Shown here one piece after another: positions 10,765 to 28,700 of a DNA stretch of 64,000 nucleotides; position 1 is the first letter of the stretch, and each line of letters starts with the position of its first letter. Both the position numbers and the translations under genes were made by a program. The stretch comes from Pocillopora damicornis. Lineage: Eukaryota. The notes under the pieces were generated by a model. It was not told the origin of the DNA, did not search any database, and saw nothing but the letters and a program-made list of their open reading frames with translations. The DNA is taken from the NCBI RefSeq assembly GCF_003704095.1, contig NW_020844683.1, positions 62,001-126,000 on the forward strand. Direction: 5' to 3'.

Positions 10765-11070
10765 TATTCTTCAGCATTTTCCTGTGATATCAATTACTTG
10801 TGGAATTTCAGTGATCATCATTTCAGAATCGTGAGGTTCTTTCCAGCGTTTTCCTACGGTGGATAACACTTGTGCGGCATTCCCGTGATCTTCGAGTCAG
10901 AATCGTGAACATTCTCTGAGGCGTTCTACTGGCGTGGATTTTAATTGTGTGTGGCATCCCGTGATCATCGTGTCAGAATCGTAACCATTCTTTGAAGCGT
11001 TTTCCTGCGGTGGATATTAGTCGGGTAAAGCGTTCCAGTGATCATCGTGTCAGAATTCGGGAACGTTCTT
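10765..11070. repeat. Degenerate ~75-bp tandem repeat (about 4 copies)
   Basis: Core GTGATC.TC..GTCAGAATCGT starts at 10811, 10885, 10961 and 11038 (spacings 74, 76, 77). GCGTT.TCCT.CGGTGGAT also recurs between the cores. Confidence 0.75.
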
Positions 11071-11538
11071 CGCGGCGAGACAATGTCATGTCATTATCGG
11101 CAGCGAAAGCGTGAGTAATCGTCTTGTCGCACGGAATCAATCTGTTGTGTTTCTCGTGAACCATGATTCGCTATGAAAACGTCCATCCAAGGTGTTCTGA
11201 TGACAAACAGTGACGAAAATGATCAATTTTTCTCAGGATTCCTCTACGTTTTTCTTCCTCTAACAGATCTTTCTTTCTCTGGATATAGCTCCAGCTTTAT
11301 TTTGGTCCTATTTGTGGTAATGCAATTTTTCCTCACTTTCATTTCAGATAGTTTCTTTGAAGCACAGTTGACAGACTAAGAAATTCATGGCCATCCAGTC
11401 ATCATCTAATCCATTGGCGGAATTGTTACCCAACCATTACTGATGCTGGTTCAGCCTCTGAGGTAACTCTCTTGTGAATATTTAGATACAGAGACTTCAT
11501 TTTATGTACTGTATGACTCTTGTGTCACTCATATGAAA

Positions 11539-11745
11539 TTAACCCTTGAACTCCCACGAGTGACCAAGACAGAATTTCTCTTCACAATCTTAATGCAATA
11601 TCAAACAGACAAATGATGAAAACAAAGAAAAGTATCAGTAAGGAGATTATTAGTTGATCCAGTAGTAAATTCTTCTAACTAACATCACAAGAATTCTATG
11701 GCAGACAGTAAGGAGAATTACCTATGAAATCTTGGGTGTGAAAGC
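11539..11745. mobile_element. ~200-bp TTAA-bounded MITE family B (piggyBac-like); other copies at ~7468-7650, ~37255-37362 (partial), ~39644-39846
   Basis: TTAACCC start; shared internal sequence agacagaatttctc.ttacaat...ttagttgatcca.ta..aaattct...gacagtaaggaga.ttac; GGG(A/T)TAA-like ends. Confidence 0.7.
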
Positions 11746-11983
11746 GCTAGGGAAAAGGGGAAGGGAATGAGGCTCTTACTGATTTTTTTCCTAAATCGTA
11801 GCTAGGTACGATCATTTTTTTTTAATGCACAGAAGTTGTGCAGGCACAACATTATGAGGGTTGTATTATTGTTTGAAGCTTTAATTTCAATCGAAGCAGA
11901 GTTGGGACTACTTGTAATGAAGAGTTAGGCTAGTATAGTGCAAATGTGTATGGGTGGGTGACAGTGATGTAACACGACCACTA

Positions 11984-12504
11984 CAGTTGAACTCCGATGA
12001 CTCGAACCCTCGGTAACTCGAATTCTCCGCTAAATCGAAGCAAAACTGATTTCCCTTGGATTTGCCTTACATATATTTACTTTAATTCTAACCTCTATAA
12101 CTCAAAACTCCACTAACTCGAAACGATTTTCACTTCCCTTTAGTTATGTTTGTTTGTAATTTTACCTTCAATAACTCGAAGTCGATTTTCACTAACGAGC
12201 CGTAACATTTTGCACCGGAAGATTACATTTAATCTCGTCCATATGTTATGACAAAGTGACCTTTGTCGATATCACACGTTTGTATGTCCGTAAACATACA
12301 GTCTTGATATTTCTTCCCAGTGAAGAGAAATAATGGCGCGTAATCTGGAATCGATATGTTGTCATTACTTTTCAATCTTGCCCAGTTCATCCTTGAGAAC
12401 AATGACACGTTTCTTCTTCCCCTCAAAGACAAAACCCCTATAACCGCGATAACTCGAAGTAATTTCAGTTTCCCTTGGCAGTTCGAGTTACCAGGGTTTA
12501 ACTG
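11984..12504. mobile_element. Tc1/mariner-pogo-like MITE
   Basis: TA target duplication at 11982-11983 and 12505-12506. ~24-bp imperfect TIRs: CAGTTGAACTCCGATGACTCGAAC vs reverse complement CAGTTAAACCCTGGTAACTCGAAC. Internal AACTCGAA subterminal repeats. Confidence 0.8.
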
Positions 12505-12789
12505 TAAAATTTTCGCTGTGTTTTTGTGGTTGTGGAAGTCGTGCTTTTTGTAAAACCTTTGAGTAGTGGTAAAACCATTGTAATTACATGTATCCAGCCA
12601 GAAGTGTGAGAGTAACTTTCCTTACCATAAACCCACTTTCTTTTTCAGATGTGGGATTGAGTATCACTCTGTCGTAACTAGAATGGTCGAGATTTCGAAG
12701 AGGCGTTTTCCCTCGCAGCATTTCCCTCTAGTTTTCGTAGTCTATTATGGGAATTAAGCAGTGGACGTTCCACAAGGGGAAAGTGGATT

Positions 12790-12858
12790 CCAGCGAATCG
12801 AACACGAGCCACAGCGGTGAGAGGCGAGCGCTCTAACCTCTGCGCCATCCGCGCTCCC
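12790..12858 (-). mobile_element. tRNA-derived SINE head
   Basis: Minus strand GGGAGCGCGGATGGCGCAGAGGTTAGAGCGCTCGCCTCTCACCGCTGTGGCTCGTGTTCGATTCG has A-box and B-box-like motifs but no complete cloverleaf. Confidence 0.6.
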
Positions 12859-13176
12859 TGAGTCTCTTTTATGTCTCCTAGTGGCTTACTTTCTACAAAT
12901 CTCTTTCCACTTGACTACTAGTAAATCCCACTTTAAAGCGCAGAAAGTTGGAATGGACAAATAATTTTTATCATTTAAAAACGCTGCCAATAAAAGAAAA
13001 CATAAACGAAAGCGTGCGAAAATAATACAAGCTCAAGCTGGTGGCTTTTCTCCCTCGCCTTAGGTCTTTCACTGACTCGATCAATGAGAGATTCGGCGTA
13101 AGTAAGACGGCATGTTGCATGACTTTCAAACAAATATGCACGAACAATTTTTTTATTCTGATGACATAACTGGGTA

Positions 13177-13633
13177 CAGTCGACTCCTGTAATTGCGGAC
13201 ACCCTCCGGAGGGAGAGTTAGTGTTCGTAATAACGCGAGTCCGTAATAGTGGGGTACGAGAGAAAACAAATTGTTTTACTCCGGACATATGAAGTAATAT
13301 GTACCTACACAAACATTAAACTTCTAACGTGACCTCGCGAACGGGAAAAAGATGCGACCACAAGAAGAAGATTCTTTTGACCTATTAAAGAATGGTTTCT
13401 TTATTTTCCTTTATTGTAATGTAGCTTTATATTATGTGAGTCGGGATCTTTGACGAAGTACTGAAGTGTCCGCTATAGCGAGAGGGGGGGGAGGGTACAT
13501 GAGAGTGTCTGCATTTCCGTATTAACGAGATTCCGTAACAATAGGAGTTTGTTTCAGATATTTCTTAATGCGTTTCGTCGGGGGGGCAGGCTCTTGTCTG
13601 CAATGGCGAGGTTTCCGCTGGGCGAGTCGATCG
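13177..13633. mobile_element. Second pogo/Tigger-like MITE (degenerate)
   Basis: TA|CAGTCGACTC left end; GAGTCGATCG degenerate right end; internal GTCCG(T/C)(A/T)ATAG subterminal repeats. Confidence 0.5.
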
Positions 13634-14989
13634 TTGCCTATTTCCGTCCCTCAGTCTGTAAACGGGGGCTGTAGAGGAGCAGAGCAGAAAAAGGTGGAGC
13701 TCTTGGATGATCTCGAACCAAGATCTCTTTTGATTGAAATGTATATTCGTTTTTGCCCTGGTAATGGTTGGTAGAAGATCAGGCTTAGGTCAGGATGTGA
13801 CCAGTACAAAAATGCGCTCACTCTGCGCAGCTACACCGCTTTGTTTGGCACGTGCCCCATTTACCAAATAAACCTCTAGAATAAGCTAAGTTTTGTAATC
13901 GTCAGTCGAGGAGCGAGTTATGATTTTCACTTTCTTTCTTTTTGGATTATTAGAAGCCGGATCAAATAAAAAATTGTAACAATTCTATCCTCATGAAGTT
14001 TTCCTGTTCCTTGTTAGGGGGAAAGGATCAGTGTTGGCCCATTTCTAACAATTATAATGACCCAAATCTTGGGAAGTTTTTCAGAAAGGCCTTTGTTACT
14101 AATGGTGTAGACCGATTTGTTTAAAACGAGTCAGACGGGCGTAACCTAGCCGCGCTGTATGCTGGTCTTTTCGCTCCCAAAATCACTTAAACTTGCTTTG
14201 TGGCCCATTGTACTGGAGTTTATCACAGTTTTATTCAGCGCGAAGTGATTATTGTATGACCAATCTCCAAGGATGAGATGTAAGTTGCAGGTTATCCCTA
14301 AACATTTCGTTTTATTCCCCTAGACAGTTCGCTATAGTCCGTTTACTTTCCACAGGAGAGAGAGAGAGGTTTTGTGAATTGGAAGTGTCTCGCGCAAGAA
14401 CATCGGAGCCAGACCCCGGTATGAGCTCGAATAAGGACCTTTCGACTCGGGGTCTGTCACGTGCAAACGGTAAGGTCACATTACACATATTCCCTTGGAA
14501 ATGAGACAACAGGTAGAGGTAGAAGGGAAGTAATTTATTCCCTTCCATACCACAAAGCAGGAAATCTCATTCCTTCCACGTAATATTAGCCTGAAAGAGG
14601 AGGCAGGGTACCCCCGTACACTTAATTTTGTCCCTTGTCACGTGCTCTTGAATCGATTAAGAGTGACATCAATAATTTTTCTAACCTTTTTCGGGATCAC
14701 ATCTGACCAGGTCTTTAAATTTTTTAAACCTTCAAAGGTTTGTTGGGATAGCCGGAGCCGGACTCACAATTTCTAAATGCTTGTCTTAACATTGCGTAAG
14801 CTTTACAGACACACTTTTCGTAAGGGCGTTTTCCGTGAAAGAAGCTTGTGCCGAAACGTTTACATTATTCAAATTTGCGATAAAAATGAAAAAGTATCAG
14901 TTGGAAAGGTGAGGTGAGTGTCAAGCCAGCCGTTGTGTCAAGAAGTACTGCAGTGAGCATGAGGAGACGAGGAGTTCTGGGCACTAAGA

Positions 14990-15000
14990 GTGAGTCAGCA
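14990..15000 (+). promoter_or_regulatory. CNC-sMaf / antioxidant response element (GTGAGTCAGCA) in the PSMC1 proximal promoter
   Basis: Perfect match to RTGASTCAGCA, 66-76 bp upstream of the PSMC1 ATG. A second ARE-like ATGAGCCTGC lies at 15029-15038 and TGCGCATG at 15007-15014. Confidence 0.6.
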
Positions 15001-15065
15001 ACAGACTGCGCATGACATCTTATTCAACATGAGCCTGCGATATCTAGCAGATCTTCAGAGACAAA

Positions 15066-22038
<6,973 letters not shown>

Positions 22039-22750
22039 TTCTGGATTTCGTCTTTTTTAGTAACAATCCGTTGAGAATTCTTTGTGTAAAAATTAATAAA
22101 ATCGATATCAGTAACAAATTTTCTTGTAATGTGCTCTGATAGGTATTCTTAGGGAGAAAATACTGAGAAACAGAACCCAAATTACTGATAGAGGTGTGAC
22201 CCAAAGATGATTTTTGTTTTGTTTTGTTTTTTTACAGCTAGTCACCTTTAGACACGCTGTAGGCGAGAGAGGGCCGTGGGGAAGGGAAAATAGGAAAACT
22301 TCTTATCCTTTCCCATCACACCTAGCGCTCGTGTACCATCCGTTGTATGCCAACGACTTTCTTTTACCCAGAAGTCGCGGTGCCTTGAGCGAAAATCCCC
22401 AAGCGAATGTTAAAGACAATAATCAACAACATAAAATGTTCGTTATTTATTTGTTGTAAAAAATATATCTTATCATTTCTTCGAATTAATTTAGTACAAA
22501 AAAATGTTTTTTCAAGTAAAATTCCAATGTACTGATCAAGAACGAAAGAGTATTTTCGTCATCCTTGATTTTTTCCAGAACCTTGGGTATGGACTTGTAG
22601 TGTCACGCAATCACAAACACGTTTATGACCGAAATTTCATCAAACCCCTACGCAACGCTGTAACCAACCTCCTTGGAGAAGGTAGATCTTTACGTTGTAC
22701 AAAAATAATCAGCAGTTGAGACACATCCGGTTCAGAGTCGAGTCCAAAAT

Positions 22751-25700
22751 TCAGGCATCTGAGAGTGCGGTGTTCATCTCAGCGCCTCCATCTTTGTAAA
22801 CAAAGTTGGCCTAGAGGTAAGGATGAGGGGCACCTCAGGTTTAATTCAAAAGGTACCGCTGGAAAAGGAGCCACATGTTAATGACACAATACGAACACAC
22901 GAGACAAGGTAAGTCATCGCTTGAATTCTTAGAGCCGGCTAAAATCCACACCACGGTTTTACGCGATCAGTGGGCCTCAGGCTCTCTCTATAAGAGGATT
23001 GATTTAATGAAACTAATGTTCTTCCAATATGAGCTTTCGGCCTTCTTGACACCGTTCACAAAGATAAATGTTCAGATAAAAGGTTCAGCTGAACTGAGGA
23101 TTGTTAAGGACGCTATTTTGTTAAACTACGGCTACACTTTGTTTAAATGATCAAACGATGAAGTTCCTACTCTCAAAGATCGTTACTTACCCTCTCCTCC
23201 AGACCGGAGCTTCTCCGTTTTTTTTGAATTAACTAAAAGATGAAAGGAACAAAGTCAACAAAGATAGTAAATGTTGAAGGGAAAAATTGGAATCTACCTA
23301 ACCTTTAATGTCAACGGGTTTCACAAGGACAAAAAGATTTTGTTTTCCCTAACACAGTTCGCTTAAATTCAATTTCATACCAATATCAACTTCAAACTGA
23401 AGTTTGAGTTAATCCAGGAATTACCCCAACCCTTTACATCCTAACATCATCCATATTCTCCATACTGTTGTTCATACATTTACAAGGAAAATCTGATTAA
23501 CAATCGAGAGCTTTAGTTGTTGATCATTTCCTATCTTCTCGTGACCTTAATGTTTTATCCAGGCTTGACATTGTAAGGAGAAGTTAGATGCTAGTCACTC
23601 TTGGGGATCAAAGGGTTAAGACTATTCTGCACACAGAATTTTCTCACCATTACCGCCAACTCCGTTCCAGTCTCATCTCTTTCTTGACTTCGAAGGGGGA
23701 ACAGAGAGGACCGTGGAAGCGAAGTTGCATTCACATGCATGCAGCATGCTTGTTCGCCGACACAATTTCGAACAGTGAAGTAAGCATTGGGACTAGGGTT
23801 CTAATACCGCTTTATGTTTAAGCCAAGACCATGCACTCGATTCAAAAGGTTAGGGCACAGAATAAGCAATTTTCTTTTTGGTATCCGCCGCTTTCGCCCC
23901 CTATCGAGTTCGCCCCTACCTTATACCGTGTTGGCCCCCACACTTTTCGAGTTCGACCCCACCAAGTCGAGTTCGCCCCCAGATTGATTCATGTCTAAAT
24001 TAGTTGCTATCGAACATTGCAAACAAGTTAAAACCAAGACAAGTTTTGAATTTTAATTGACCGACGGCCATTTTGAAAGTTTATATGTGCGTGGGAGCTG
24101 GGGCGACCGGAAACAAAAAATAATGTGGTCAAACAGTGAAATACAGAGAACTTTCGTTGGTCATGACCTTTATAGATTGGGTGGCTCCTACAAGAGCCGT
24201 TTTTGTATTTGACCGAACCGAAAGGCTACAAGGTCGTTCGACGAAAACCATATGAAGCGTGGAACGCATTCTCTTGGTCAGTCTTAAATAATCAAAAGCC
24301 TGACCAAATCGTGGTGTCGTAAATTCTTCAGTCTTAATTTCATAAATAAAGCTAAACGAGGTAAGTATCTGTTACACATTTATTACACATTTATTACAAG
24401 TCTAACAACTTAAGCAATGCTGTCGCGATGAAAGTGTGGTTAGCATCTTTTCAAGTCTGGTTGTTATGATCAACACAATGCGATGAAAGCGTGATTTGCG
24501 ATCCTGGTTTGCATTTTCTCAAGTCTGGTTGCTATGACCTTAAAACACAATGAAGTGTGCAACGCATTCTCTCAAGAAGTCTTAAATAATCAAAAGCGTA
24601 ATCAAATCGTGGTTTCGTAAATTCTTTAGTCTTATTTTCATAAATAAAGCAAAACGAGGTACAAGTCTAACAACTTAAGCAATGCTGTCGCGATAAAAGC
24701 GTGGTTTGCATCTTCTTTAGTCTGGTTGTTACGATCAACACATTTCGTGTTCGTTAGATAAACCGAGGTTGTTTTACATCTTTTCCAGTCTGAATAATAA
24801 GTTAAGCAATGTTGTTTTCATTAAGTGTGGTTCTCTTTATCACAAGTTCAGTGTATACAATTATTTCTGGTAACCCCAGATTCCACGCAGAGTATTTAGT
24901 TGATTCCGTCAACTCAGTTCCCGAGCGGGTTCCGCGCAATTGCCGAAATTCAAAACGGTCGTCGCTGACGTGACATTTGGAACATTCTGCTAGTGCCTTC
25001 GTCACAAATCAACTCATCTGGATATCACTCAATCAAGGGGCGAACTCGACTTGATGGGGTCGAACTCGGAAAGTGTGGGGGCGAACACGGTATAAGGTAG
25101 GGGCGAACTCGATAGAGGGCGAACGCGGTGCAATTCTTCTTTTTGAGTCTATAAATTTATTCTTTGCAACCTAAGAAACTCTTCGGCATGCTGAGCTTTT
25201 CATGATGAACTTAAACATTGCCTTCACTCCTCCATGACACCAAGACTCGTCAGAACAAAAAGTAAATTTCACTTGGAATGAAAAGGTTTTTTCTTTAGTA
25301 TAATATACGCTCAGAAAGACAAGGCTACCCACCTTAAACGCTACAAGAGCCACAGCAACTACAGCCAAGGTGCAGAAGACAGATATGAATGCAACACTAG
25401 TAACAGACACACTGCTGCTTGCGGTTTCCTCTTGTTTTTTGGAAACAGTTTTTTCTTCCACATACATGGGCGACGCTAACATAACGTCGGGTTCAGCTAC
25501 AAAGGTGATACCGCTGAATTCAATGACCAGTTCGTGATTGCGAGCCTGTAAAAGGAAAAGAACGCTCTTCTACACAAAGTAACATAAACAGTTTTCACTC
25601 CAGAGATCTTTTGGCTAAATAACTCGTAGTTATAGTCAAAATAACATGAGCTGTTGTTCCAGAAATTTGTCCCGAAAATCCTTTGCTACATCCAAAACTC

Positions 25701-28700
25701 TTTGTGAACCACGTGGTGTTCCTGTGACCTACTAGGGTTGACTCTTGTTTTTGTCAGATCAGTAATGAGATTCATCAAACCTTTTCAGTTATTTCATCTG
25801 CAAAGTCTCTCAGGTCTTTTCCCCCGCTAGCTGGTTCAACGCTAAATCCAACTAAAATACTTCCCTCTTGCACCTAAAAATATAACGGAGAGGAACTCAG
25901 AACGAAGAGGTGAATCCATGTGCGACAGACAAACAGTGACGAAAACTACACAGCTATGAATTAATGTATTTTTACCTTAAACATAATTCTCTCCAGAGGA
26001 AATCTTACTTTAAATCATATTATTACAAAAGAAGTACCCTTGGGGTTTTTGTTTGATGTTTTGTCAGAGACCCTCCTCCCAGTCAACTTTGCACGCAACA
26101 CGCTCTCTTTTGCGTTACATGACGGGACGGATGCGGAGGAGACTACCTTCATCCAAGTATATATCAAGAGCGCACATACCTCAAGGCCATGTAGTTGATT
26201 TTCCTTTAATGAAAACATTGTTATCATCTGTGTCTTGACTGATCTAGAAAACGAGACATGAATATTTATTTTAACACAATCACCGGTACGATCTACTAAA
26301 CGGACCAGCTGACTGACTTATGACTACGAACGGACGGACGGCCAAATAGATGGAAGAAAAATAGAAAGAGGCTGAGACAGACAAACAAACGCAGCTACGA
26401 AAAGCTGACGGACCAGTCAAGTACAGATTCATTGCTTAAAAGTGATTTTAAAAAAATCGAACGAACAGTGCACTCACTCTTTAAATTGACCCAAAACATC
26501 CTTCACTAAACCTAGGCTGTAGTTGAAGGTAAGTCCAACATGGACGCTCCTAGAAAAAAAAGGAAAACTCAAAACAGAACCATCAAAACAAAATTCCAAA
26601 CTGAGGTTACAACAGTAAAAAAAAAAACAGCAATTTTATTTAGAACAGAACGATTACTTTAAGGCAGAAAGCATACTTACAAAAGTTGTGGACCTGTGAA
26701 GAAATAGGGAAAAAAGAAACCATGAACATTTCAAAGCCTTGTCAACCAGATTAACGTTTAACTGGAACGATGATGTTTTGTCTCGTGCGGGCTAAAAGAA
26801 ATAACTTAGACCTCCGGATCACGAAGAAAAATCTTTCTTTACAGTTGGAACTGTTACTTTTAGGGACTTTTAGAAAACCACGACGGCGACGGAAACAAGA
26901 AAATAGATCTAATGATCTAGAAAAATCTAAACCTATGTGCATTTCTAAGCCTTCCTCTGTAGAACACCAACTTCGCACGGGAACCTCTACATAAATTTAA
27001 TCGCGTTTTTATTTTGAACTCCACACCATATTCACATGTCTTGCCGAAAGAAGAAGTCGCACTGCCACAAAAAGTAAATATATCAAGCAACTGGCGAAAT
27101 TCTATGAAATTAAGTCTTTACATATCAAGAAATTCTCAGGAAAAGTAAAGAGATTTATCAGGGTTGGTAATATCTATACCTTTATTGGCGTCACAGTTGG
27201 GTTTTCCCCTTACTCTAGTTCCAGGCCACTCGGATCCGTCCCCTGACGCGCACCAACAATATCCAGTAGAGCCCCAGCACTGCACAAGCGCATAGCTACC
27301 ATCTGCATTGCACTGGGGTATGAAGGCTCCTACCAGCGCGGGGTGGGTGGCTTGATAAGCTTTCTGTTGGCATTCTGTGAGACCTGAAAGTAAAAAAAGA
27401 TTCCAAGGTACAACCCATAAGTTTTTCTACCCTTGAAATATCACTGCTAGCAAGCAACGTCTCCTAATGCTATAGTCATTTCATCATAAAGGCCACCGAA
27501 ATATTAGAGAACAAACACAAAATGGATTAAGAAGGATCAACCTCGCTGTTCCTAAAAAAAACTGTGTATACACTGAAACTGTGAGTTCAGATCTGATTTA
27601 CAGAATCTTTATGGTTTGAATATGAAGAGACCTCAAGCGAACCAAACATAGACACAATAAACCACAGTACAACCACTCTGTATTTCAAAGTACGGTGCCG
27701 CTTACATTGCACCTCCTTGCCCATTCTGTTGTAGAACTTGGGTTTGCAAGCATCAGGGCCACAGCCTCCCATCGGGGCTATACAGTTGGCGTCAGGATTG
27801 CTGGTACAAGAAGCATTCTTACAAGTATCACCGCAAAGCTGCCATGTTTTGCCGTCATCACAAGAAGGACCGATACTGAATGTGATGGCACCTACAAGGA
27901 ACAGTGACTTAATACTGTGCCTAATGGCAAGATGTTAAATTCGTTAGAGGCATCAGATTGCTGGAAACGCGGATATCAACACTAGTCACTCTCGATCTCG
28001 TTGTAATATATTAAAATATCAACAGCTAAATCACTCCTAATGTCTCGAATATGACTCATTTACTTATTACAATTGCAAAGGCAACTTCTTAAGTACACTC
28101 TCAATGAGGTTGCTTAGGAAATACGATTTACGTCACCTTTAAAAGGTAAGAGACATTTGTTACCTCAAAGATACCTTTTCTTTCTTTCAGTTTGAAACCT
28201 ACATGTAACATACGTGGCTACTTTGCCCCATTGTCAGATCGCCCCCATAATCAGAGCGTTCCATAAAGAGCGAGATCGCCCCGCCGCCGTCATTTCGCCA
28301 CAAACAAAAGTGAATTTGCTCCAAACACTTGGCGAACTAATTGAAATCCTAAAACGCATACGACATAATTCGAAAGAGAGTGAAAAGGAAAACGAACGAC
28401 CGAAAAGAACACCCCTGGAAGCACAGATAACTTTGCATTCTCCCAAACCTCAATTTCATGTCGTTAGCAATTAATATAGTTGAAATGAGGCCGGTGCGAT
28501 ACCGGTGCAGCGCTCTACCAACTGAGCTAACAAGCTAACTGGGATTGGCAGAGGTCATAGGTTCAAATCCCGTATGGGCCTGAATTTTTTTCATGCCTTA
28601 TTTCAACTACTAGATTAGTAGTGTTCATAACTGCCAGGATCGCTTCTATATCCGTTTCTTCAATCGCAGTGCACATACACGATTTTCATCTATTTTAAGT

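Noticed and set aside
10765-11070. CRISPR-like array (conserved ~22-bp core at regular spacing)
   Set aside because: The intervening segments are similar to each other rather than unique spacers, the cores are degenerate, there are no cas genes, and the context is eukaryotic.
12790-12858. Functional tRNA gene (also 28480-28590 and 19560-19625)
   Set aside because: A/B-box-like motifs only; no proper acceptor stem or cloverleaf. Better explained as SINE heads.
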